From Opitutales bacterium (GTDB lineage: Bacteria > Verrucomicrobiota > Verrucomicrobiia > Opitutales > PNEW01), in the NCBI GenBank assembly GCA_965197745.1, contig CBDANS010000006.1, positions 384,001 through 448,000 on the forward strand: a stretch of 64,000 nucleotides of DNA, in the 5' to 3' direction. Under the pieces are notes generated by a model, which made no database searches, was not told the DNA's origin, and was given only the letters and a program-made list of their open reading frames with translations. Below, one piece after another: positions 10,380 to 18,429 of the stretch (position 1 is its first letter; every line of letters starts with the position of its first letter). Position numbers and translations under genes: made by a program.

Positions 10380-11132
10380 ATGTGGACACGAGAACAGCTG
10401 AAAGAATACTCTGAAACCGGGTTTTTATTGATACCCGGAATGTTAAAGTTCGATGAGACGGCGGAGCTAAATGATGCGGTTACCCTCTTAATGGATGGAA
10501 AAGATGAGGAAGACCACATGCACCGTGAAAGGGAAAAAACCGGAGTGGTCCGTCAGGTCTACCTCGCACATCGCTATAACGATGCTTATAGAAATTTAAT
10601 TAAACATCCTGAAATCCTCGCGCCCGTAAAACAGATTATACAGGATGATGTCTATATCTGGCATAGTAAGCTCAATGCGAAGGAAGCATTTGAGGGTGCC
10701 GTCTGGTTATGGCATCAGGACTACGGCTACTGGATGTGGGATGGAGTCGATCCGAAACTGATTTCGGTTATGATATTTCTCGATGAAGCGACCGTCAACA
10801 ACGGCTGTCTTATGGTCATCTCAGGTTCTCATCATTGGGGCCGACAGGAACATTATGCCGATACGATTACTACCAGTTATAAACAGTGGTGTATCGACCG
10901 GGAGACGCTCATGCAAAAGGTAAAAGAAGAAAACATTCGTCAAATCACAGGAGTCCCTGGTGACGTCCTCTTCTTTGATTGTAATATTGCGCACGGGTCA
11001 GGGCACAATATGTCTCCTCTCCCCCGTAAATCATTTATCATTGCCTACAATAGTATTGAAAATAAACCGAGACCTGTTGACAACCCGCGTCCTGATTGGG
11101 TTGTGTCACGCCAGTTCGATATTGTAAAATAA
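10380..11132 (+). CDS. Phytanoyl-CoA dioxygenase (PhyH) family Fe(II)/2-oxoglutarate oxygenase, EctD-like
   Basis: WHQD...NGCLMVISGSH...AHGS...R facial triad and 2OG-binding residues. Confidence 0.85.
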   Translation: MWTREQLKEYSETGFLLIPGMLKFDETAELNDAVTLLMDGKDEEDHMHREREKTGVVRQVYLAHRYNDAYRNLIKHPEILAPVKQIIQDDVYIWHSKLNAKEAFEGAVWLWHQDYGYWMWDGVDPKLISVMIFLDEATVNNGCLMVISGSHHWGRQEHYADTITTSYKQWCIDRETLMQKVKEENIRQITGVPGDVLFFDCNIAHGSGHNMSPLPRKSFIIAYNSIENKPRPVDNPRPDWVVSRQFDIVK

Positions 11133-11194
11133 TGGGTCCGTTGGCATTTTGCAAAATACTGAACATTATATTAACTCTATAAATCGAAACTCTC

Positions 11195-12061
11195 ATGGAT
11201 AAGAAAGTCCTTACTCCTGAAGAGATGGCTTTTATTGAAAATTTTGGCTATCTCACTTTTCCCGGATTATTTAAAGATGATATCGATAAGATTATTGCCG
11301 AATTCGAAATGGTGTGGACTAATCACGGTGGAGGGCATGATGGCAAACCCCATGAAGGGACGGAGCGCTCATGCATTCTCCCCTTTATTGATCAGCGTGA
11401 ATATCTTTCCTCACTATTGGATGATCCACGAATAGACGGTATTATGACCAGCCTGCTCGGTGAAGACTACAACTATGACGGGAGCGATGGAAATTATTAT
11501 GTGGGCAATACTGCCTGGCACTCTGATGGTGGGTTCTTCGAGTGCAAAAGAGTAGCTAAGTGGTATAAATTAGCATTCTACCTCGACCCACTGACACGCG
11601 ATACAGGCGCATTGCGGGTAATTCCGGGAAGCCATAAACTTAATGACAGTTACGCGGAGACCTTGGAGCAGGAAGTGAAAAATTCAGTACGAACGGACGA
11701 GCAAATACTATTTGGAGTGAAGGGGAAAGAGATACCCGCCGCTGCCCTGGAGACAAATCCAGGTGATATCGCAATATTCAATCACTGCACCAAGCATGGC
11801 AGTTGGGGAGGTGGAAAAAGAAGGCGCATGTTTACGATCAATTATTCAAGCAGGTATAAACCTGAACATTTACATCATCTTCGGGAGGAAATCAGTAAAC
11901 ACGCCCGTTTCTGGAAAGATTCAGTCTATGGTGAGGTGATGCTGAAAACAGCAGGTCCTGAGAGGATGCGACATCTTGAGCAAGTTCTCGCCAATCAGGA
12001 CCATCTCCCTGAAGCGGTTCGCAAAGCCAAGGAGACAATGACTGAACCTTCGCGTGGGTGA
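11195..12061 (+). CDS. PhyH-family dioxygenase
   Basis: WHSD, GALRVIPGSH, KHGS...RRR motifs. Confidence 0.82.
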   Translation: MDKKVLTPEEMAFIENFGYLTFPGLFKDDIDKIIAEFEMVWTNHGGGHDGKPHEGTERSCILPFIDQREYLSSLLDDPRIDGIMTSLLGEDYNYDGSDGNYYVGNTAWHSDGGFFECKRVAKWYKLAFYLDPLTRDTGALRVIPGSHKLNDSYAETLEQEVKNSVRTDEQILFGVKGKEIPAAALETNPGDIAIFNHCTKHGSWGGGKRRRMFTINYSSRYKPEHLHHLREEISKHARFWKDSVYGEVMLKTAGPERMRHLEQVLANQDHLPEAVRKAKETMTEPSRG

Positions 12062-12113
12062 AACTACGGGTGATTCTTCAGGAACAAATCTATTTCGTAA
12101 TAGAAGATAGATT

Positions 12114-12956
12114 TTAATCCAAGCTGGAGAGATCTACGAGGCAAATGTGCCAACCGCCCAAACTGGCGACAAAAAGCTCATGATCATTGCGTAAGGCAAT
12201 GTTAGTCGGGTGGTTGAGCTTAGAATAAAGCTTATCCTCAACCAGGAGTTCTGCCTCTTTCTTATCATTAACAAGAAATATACGGTTAGGATCGAAACAG
12301 GTGATAAAGAGTTGTCCCTTAGTATTAATAGCGAGTCCATCGGGGACATGACCTTCAGTCATGCTGACATGAAGTCGCTTTGGCCCCGCGCTGCCGTCTT
12401 CATTAATAGGCACAGCCGTCACTCCTGGTAAATAGCTTTCAACCACATAGAGCGTATCACTGTCCAAGGACAACGCTATTCCATTAGCGACAATGCAATC
12501 TTCCTTCATCCATAGCTGACTTGCACCGGTAGCAAGATCAATTCGCCATACCCCCGGACCATTTTCCTGGCTGTTGGAAACATAAAGCGCGTTTCGCTCT
12601 TCATCTACCACCACGTAATTGGGAACGGTCATTTTCTCATCACCGTCACTGCCAACAAGACGATCTAACTCTTTCCCCATCTCATCAAATACGGTAACGC
12701 ACTCATGGCCCGTGTCGCAGACATAGATGCGCCGTTGAGAATCCATGGCCAAACCGAGATGGTAACCATCGGTTTTTGCCAACAGCTCAATCTCAGAGCC
12801 ATCCTTACTGATACGGTACAATTCACCATGCTCACCTCCGCACCATATATTACCATCCGGATCCACCATAATTCCTTCCGGATGGTTAAGACGGATTTTG
12901 GTGTAGCGGGCAAAATGAAAAATGCTGACCGAATCCAATTCGAGTAGTGGTTTCAT
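12114..12956 (-). CDS. SMP-30/gluconolactonase-family beta-propeller
   Basis: HPEG, PNY, ANGIALS and PDGLA blade motifs. Confidence 0.85.
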   Translation of the reverse strand: MKPLLELDSVSIFHFARYTKIRLNHPEGIMVDPDGNIWCGGEHGELYRISKDGSEIELLAKTDGYHLGLAMDSQRRIYVCDTGHECVTVFDEMGKELDRLVGSDGDEKMTVPNYVVVDEERNALYVSNSQENGPGVWRIDLATGASQLWMKEDCIVANGIALSLDSDTLYVVESYLPGVTAVPINEDGSAGPKRLHVSMTEGHVPDGLAINTKGQLFITCFDPNRIFLVNDKKEAELLVEDKLYSKLNHPTNIALRNDHELFVASLGGWHICLVDLSSLD

Positions 12957-12979
12957 TAGCTATTAAATTAACGTGAAGA

Positions 12980-13756
12980 TTATTCTGTAAACCCTGGATT
13001 GATCGTAAGCCCTCCGTCAACCATAAGTTCCGCGCCGGTGACAAAACTTGAATCATCGGAGGCGAGAAAAAGAGCGACCCCGGCAACTTCATCGGGCTCC
13101 CCTATCCTCTCCATAGGATGCATGCTTTTCCAGGATTCCATGAGATTTTCTCCGCCGGGCTCCGCAATTAGCCTGGCATTCATCGGTGTGTTAATGGTCC
13201 CAGGGGAAATGCTATTTACCCGAATATTTTCTGGGGCAAATTCTTTCGCCAGCTGCCGGGTCATAGAAATGATGGCTCCTTTTGCCGCAGTGTAAGCACT
13301 AAAAGTATCAAGTCCTACATGTGCTGCTGCCGATGCAATATTAATAATCGACCCCCCATTTCCTTTTCGCATGTGCGGAATGACAAATTTACAACCGCGA
13401 TATACACTGGAGAGGTTTATATTAATTACCCTGTTCCAATCTTCCTCAGACATCTCCGTGATCGTAACGCCTAGAGCAATGGCTGCATTATTGCACATAA
13501 TGTCAATTTTACTGAAATGCTCTATTGTCTCATCGACCGCTTCGGAAACATTTTCAGAAATTCCAACATCGCAAGTAATGGGTCGCACTTCACCACCGCG
13601 TGACTGTATGGATTTTGCTTCTTCTGCACATTTTTCTTCCTGAATATCGATCATCGCGATCTTCGCTCCTTCTCGGGCAAAGCGCTGGGCGATGGCTAAA
13701 CCAATGCCGTCAGCGGCACCGGTGACAACCGCAACCTTATCCTTTAATTTCCCCAT
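12980..13756 (-). CDS. Short-chain dehydrogenase/reductase
   Basis: TGAADGIG, NNAA, YTAAK, IRVNSISPG. ATG 13756 (MGKLKDK) is the likelier start. Confidence 0.92.
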   Translation of the reverse strand: MGKLKDKVAVVTGAADGIGLAIAQRFAREGAKIAMIDIQEEKCAEEAKSIQSRGGEVRPITCDVGISENVSEAVDETIEHFSKIDIMCNNAAIALGVTITEMSEEDWNRVININLSSVYRGCKFVIPHMRKGNGGSIINIASAAAHVGLDTFSAYTAAKGAIISMTRQLAKEFAPENIRVNSISPGTINTPMNARLIAEPGGENLMESWKSMHPMERIGEPDEVAGVALFLASDDSSFVTGAELMVDGGLTINPGFTE

Positions 13757-13917
13757 ACCTGATCCTGAAAATGAAGTAAATCGGGTGTCAAGGATTATGC
13801 GGATAGGCAATTGAACTGATCATTATAAATTTAATTATAAATATCCCCATCGACGAATTGCTTTGTCCTGAAAGGTCACACCGGGCTAATATACAAGCCG
13901 AACGATAACCGATCTTT

Positions 13918-14358
13918 ATGGAACAGGTAATTGTCATTAGGCACCCCAAAGAGCGTAAGAGTAAATGTAGTCTTGCTCCTCTGCACAATCACCGGGGAAT
14001 TACTTTTCATAACGCGCACAAGAATTTTCGTTTTGATGCCACAGGATATATTCTCCTCACCCTAAACGCGCCCCCATTATCAGCCCTGGATGCTGGGCAT
14101 CCATTCATCATCCTGGACAGCACATGGCATTTGATTCCGCAGCTCGAAACCTGCATAGAAGGAGAACCGATACGCCGCTCCCTCCCCCCTAAAATTAAAA
14201 CAGCCTATCCGCGTATCAGTAAAATTTATGAAGATCCAGAAGGAGGTCTGGCCTCTATTGAAGCGCTCTATGTTGCCATGAAAATTGTTGGAAAAGACAA
14301 TCTATCGCTGCTCGATGGGTATCATTGGAAAGAGCAGTTTCTCAGGGGACTGACTTAA
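13918..14358 (+). CDS. Putative RNA aminocarboxypropyltransferase (Tsr3/DTW-like)
   Basis: RHPKERKSKCS, LDSTW (DxTW), RSLP, GLASIEALY. Confidence 0.6.
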   Translation: MEQVIVIRHPKERKSKCSLAPLHNHRGITFHNAHKNFRFDATGYILLTLNAPPLSALDAGHPFIILDSTWHLIPQLETCIEGEPIRRSLPPKIKTAYPRISKIYEDPEGGLASIEALYVAMKIVGKDNLSLLDGYHWKEQFLRGLT

Positions 14359-14389
14359 CCCTGTAATACCGATTAATCTATTTGCCCCC

Positions 14390-14884
14390 ATGAAACTCTA
14401 TCTATTAAGACACGCGGAAGCCCAATCAACATATCCCGATGAAGAGCGTGTTTTGACCGAGAGAGGGAGAAAAACAGTAATGGATTTGGCGAAATTTTTA
14501 AAAGAACCGGATGTTGTCACTATCGATGAAATCCGCCACAGCAAACTTGTCCGCACCGGTGAAACAGCCGAGTTATTAAGCACTGAGATGAATCTCAATG
14601 TGCCCGTGAATAAAGTAAATGGACTTGCTCCGACGGAAGATGTGCCCTCACTAGTCGATCATCTTCAAAATGAAGAAATAAATTTAATGCTCGTAGGGCA
14701 TTTACCGCAACTGGCAATCCTTGCTTCCCAACTGGTAAGAGGGGATGGAGGACCTGTTGTCTTTAATTTGAATACTTGCGGGCTGATCGCATTGGAACGC
14801 TATGAGAGCCACTCAAGTATAGAGAGCGACAATCCGCTGTGGATTGTGCAATGGATGCTCGACGCTCAATTATACTCCCGGTAA
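14390..14884 (+). CDS. sixA: Phosphohistidine phosphatase
   Basis: LYLLRHAEA, RVLTERG, HSKLVRT, LVGHLP. Confidence 0.88.
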   Translation: MKLYLLRHAEAQSTYPDEERVLTERGRKTVMDLAKFLKEPDVVTIDEIRHSKLVRTGETAELLSTEMNLNVPVNKVNGLAPTEDVPSLVDHLQNEEINLMLVGHLPQLAILASQLVRGDGGPVVFNLNTCGLIALERYESHSSIESDNPLWIVQWMLDAQLYSR

Positions 14885-14927
14885 AAAGGAACTACAGTGT
14901 AACTATCACTTCAATTCGCACGTTTAA

Positions 14928-15737
14928 TTAAACGGACGCCGGTAAAAGATCGGTATTCAAACCTCGATTCATTATATCATTACCGCGCACGAGGTAATAT
15001 ATTCGAGGGAAATCACTGTTATCACGGTAATCCTGATAGGTCTTTTCTACCATTTCATCTTCCGCGCCCATATAACGCAGGACCAGAACACGGCGCCATC
15101 GGTTTGAATTATTGGGCACTGAGTTATGGGGAGTCATCGTATCGTGGACACACATTTGCCCGGCACTTACTTTGTATTGCACCTTCACTTCATCAATTTT
15201 TTCCGGCAATACCGCGGGATCTATTTCCTCCGAAAAGAATTTTTCGCCTCCATAAAGTCTTTTCAGGGTGCCTTTATTATGCCACCCCGGGATGATGGAC
15301 ATCGCTCCATTATCTTCATCGATATCATCAAAGGCGATCCATACACCGCCAGAAAGATTCTTTGATACATTCCAGTAGGGAGCGTCCTGATGCCAGGGAA
15401 TAGCCTCCCCCGTATGGGGTTGTTTGCAAAATAAATGAGAGGACCAGAAGACAACGTTGGGACCGACTTGCTTTTCGAGGAGGTCTAACAATTTTGGCTC
15501 TGTAGCCAGATCAATCATCCATTGCGCTCCCAGTTGATGCGCGGATACAATCATATGTGTCGGGAGTTCATCACAGACCAGCGCGGTCATCGGATCGATG
15601 TGTTCTCGGCTATATGCAAGCGCTTCATCAGTCAAAAATTTATCGCAGATGTGATACCCTTCTTCAATATAATGCGCATGTTCTACATCTCCATAATGGA
15701 AATCCTCGTGAATCATGGTAGAAGGTTTATTGGCCAT
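14928..15737 (-). CDS. PhyH-family dioxygenase
   Basis: PWHQDAPYW, NGAMSIIPGWH, PHNS...RR. Confidence 0.85.
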   Translation of the reverse strand: MANKPSTMIHEDFHYGDVEHAHYIEEGYHICDKFLTDEALAYSREHIDPMTALVCDELPTHMIVSAHQLGAQWMIDLATEPKLLDLLEKQVGPNVVFWSSHLFCKQPHTGEAIPWHQDAPYWNVSKNLSGGVWIAFDDIDEDNGAMSIIPGWHNKGTLKRLYGGEKFFSEEIDPAVLPEKIDEVKVQYKVSAGQMCVHDTMTPHNSVPNNSNRWRRVLVLRYMGAEDEMVEKTYQDYRDNSDFPRIYYLVRGNDIMNRGLNTDLLPASV

Positions 15738-15964
15738 CTCTATATCCTTATTTAATATACTGATTTTTAATTATGAATGAATGGAATAATAGTGCTTTTA
15801 AAGATATAAAATGTCAATCACCTGTCGCATCTGTCCTGATGAATTTGATTACTTTTTCCTTCGTAAATAGATAATGCGCTCAGTCGTCATCATTATTCAA
15901 ATACGGCCATGACGAAGCGTAGCCCTCCAGAAGTCCGATTGAATTTGGTGACTGATAATATTTA

Positions 15965-17896
15965 TTATTGAGAATTCTCAACAACAATTATGAATACCTC
16001 ATCACCGCTTTCATTGACAAACTCAGCATTGATGTTACGCGCAGGTTGCAATGTATTATCTGATTTTATATTACGCTGCGAGATTAATGAATCGAACCCC
16101 CCTTTTATAATTTCCCGTGGCGCTACGATAATAGATTTACCATTGGTTTGAGCAAGATCACCACCGGTAATCCTCAAGCCAGGGTAAGCAGCGTTAACGG
16201 TAAAAGACCGGTCGCTAAAGAGGATGTATGGTGTCGCTTCTTCTCTAGCGTCGATTTCGCCAATAAGAACGCGTACCGCTACTTCAACTCCAGGCGCGAA
16301 AAATCCGACCCTGCCGATGTCGTTTGAAAATCGTGCATTGGCACTGTGGATACCGCCAACGATTTTAGAATTTAATACTTCGATTAATGAAATATCCGCA
16401 ACGGCATCATAATTTTCACCAGGCATGAATATTGTCTGATCTTCGGCATTAATGGGCCCCACCGTAAAGATGCTAAGATAGGTCGATGCATCAACGTTCG
16501 AAAGGACCACATGGGGGTGACCTTTAACGTAGGCAATGTCCTGGTTGTACTTTAGAGGCAATGCCGGACCTTGAAAGGTATCGGGATTCAGATTGATTGT
16601 AACGGTACCTGAACCCGAAAATTCAACCTGAACAATATCATCGTTGATATCAATAAATGATGCCCGCGTAATCTGACCATTATCTGCCCGCAGCGTCACC
16701 TTTTCCCCGGTGATTAAAACCTGGTCAATTATATATCCGTTAGGGTGGAGGATATTGGCACCCACAATTTCACCGGAACCGGTAATCACTACTTCATCTG
16801 GAATGTTGTGTTGATCAGACTCAGTGATTGGGGTGAAACCGAAATCATCAATTGTGTTATAATTAAAAAAGAGAACCAGTGAATTTTGTGGGTTATTAAT
16901 ATATACAATTTTACCGATCCCATCGGGCGCTCCTAAATCTATGGCATTAATATCATAAAATGGGATGGGATCTTTGCTTGCCTCAATAGAAATGTCATTC
17001 GGGATTTTAGTCGATATACCAATGAGGTTATCATTAGTATCAAAGACCCTGATCTCGCCATCATCTTTATCATAGACGGATGCGTAAAATTGAACCTGTG
17101 CGGCGGGGGTTTCAAAAGTTATTGTCCCGGAAGTGCCGTTATAGACACCCCACGCCGCCTCGGAGAGCAGAGTATCCCCAAATGGAAAGGTATGATTAAA
17201 TGTCCTTGATAAGCCAATAGTTCGCGCCAGACCTCCGGTAAAGGTAACTGAAATGGGTGATTCACCCAAAGTGAAATTTTCTGGATCTGTAAACTGCGGA
17301 TCTGTAAACAGATTTTCAAAATCTTCATACAGAGTGTTGTTGGGCGGCCCATCCACATAGGAAAAACCCAGATCATCGAGGGCAATTTGACCTGATACAT
17401 CCTTAATCGTTATAGTTTTAATACCGTTGGTAAAATTTAGATCATGGCCATCGTCTAAATCACCGCTATAGGCGATATAACTGTGTAAGACAGGATTAAC
17501 CTGGGGACTGATGCTCGTAGGCAAGTTTACTGCGACTCCATTTTTATGCAGGATAAAGGCATTCTTATCTCTAAGTTCAATCCTTCCCTCTCCACTGGTC
17601 TCGGCGGCGTAGAACTGAAGTAAATTTACTCCTCTCTCAAATATGACTTTGCCCTCTTCACCCGCTTCAAGGATCAATGCATTCGAACCTGAATGCGAGA
17701 GGTCAGGATCATTCGTTGACTGCAAAGTAAAACCAATAAAACGCACCGTGTTGGGCGATTGGCCGATGACAAAGTCATCTTCTCCCGTAATGTTCTCAAA
17801 ATCAATGAACACGTCGAGGTCTTCAGGCACACTCCACAACACAACCGCTAAATTGAAAGATAATAATATCGCGACAATATATTTTAAATTTATCAT
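15965..17896 (-). CDS. Secreted protein: two tandem beta-rich repeats plus a conserved C-terminal domain; paralogue of 18430-20676
   Basis: Signal peptide; repeats DFEN...QFYA...DDLGF / DFEN...QFYA...DDFGF; C-terminal IVGANILHPNG...DQVL...DDIVQVEFSG domain shared with the neighbour. Confidence 0.8.
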   Translation of the reverse strand: MINLKYIVAILLSFNLAVVLWSVPEDLDVFIDFENITGEDDFVIGQSPNTVRFIGFTLQSTNDPDLSHSGSNALILEAGEEGKVIFERGVNLLQFYAAETSGEGRIELRDKNAFILHKNGVAVNLPTSISPQVNPVLHSYIAYSGDLDDGHDLNFTNGIKTITIKDVSGQIALDDLGFSYVDGPPNNTLYEDFENLFTDPQFTDPENFTLGESPISVTFTGGLARTIGLSRTFNHTFPFGDTLLSEAAWGVYNGTSGTITFETPAAQVQFYASVYDKDDGEIRVFDTNDNLIGISTKIPNDISIEASKDPIPFYDINAIDLGAPDGIGKIVYINNPQNSLVLFFNYNTIDDFGFTPITESDQHNIPDEVVITGSGEIVGANILHPNGYIIDQVLITGEKVTLRADNGQITRASFIDINDDIVQVEFSGSGTVTINLNPDTFQGPALPLKYNQDIAYVKGHPHVVLSNVDASTYLSIFTVGPINAEDQTIFMPGENYDAVADISLIEVLNSKIVGGIHSANARFSNDIGRVGFFAPGVEVAVRVLIGEIDAREEATPYILFSDRSFTVNAAYPGLRITGGDLAQTNGKSIIVAPREIIKGGFDSLISQRNIKSDNTLQPARNINAEFVNESGDEVFIIVVENSQ

Positions 17897-18097
17897 TGGG
17901 CTGGAATTAAGGTTAATGTATAAGTCCCAATAAACCTGTCAATTGTTCCAACCTGAATGATTTAATAAAGTTATAATTGTTAAGCTGTGAACCGTTTTCA
18001 GTGTACAGTTTTCAGCCTACAAACCCAATCATCCGAAACCGCAGATTTCTTACTCAATCGTGATCTCACAGACAGCTGCCTGATTTAGTAAAAGACC

Positions 18098-18410
18098 GGT
18101 GGAGCGGGCTGTCCCAGTCCACTTTATAGTTCTTAATTAACTATAATATAAACACGGACGCGACGACGCGCGTCCCTCCATCATTCTTATGTTCTCATAA
18201 TAATGATTATATTTCCCCGGAAGGCCACGCGTCGTCATGGCCGAAAATAATTAATTTGGACGACGGAGAACTAGACGAAGATTATTGCATGCCTGGAGGA
18301 CCACGCGGTGCCTGTCAGTCATAGCCCAGCGGCCGACAGTCACCCACGCGTTCCACCTAACACTTAAAACCCATGGCACGCCATAGTCCCGCACCCGCGG
18401 GACGACGGCG
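18098..18410. repeat. Cluster of REP-like GC-rich palindromes
   Basis: GGTGGAGCGGGCTGTCCCAGTCCACTT (18098-18124); GGACGCGACGACGCGCGTCCCTCC (18156-18179) and its inverted, diverged relative GGAAGGCCACGCGTCGTCATGGCC (18219-18242); CGCCATAGTCCCGC-ACCC-GCGGGACGACGGCG (18379-18410). Confidence 0.6.
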
Positions 18411-18429
18411 GCTAAAACTGATCGATATA

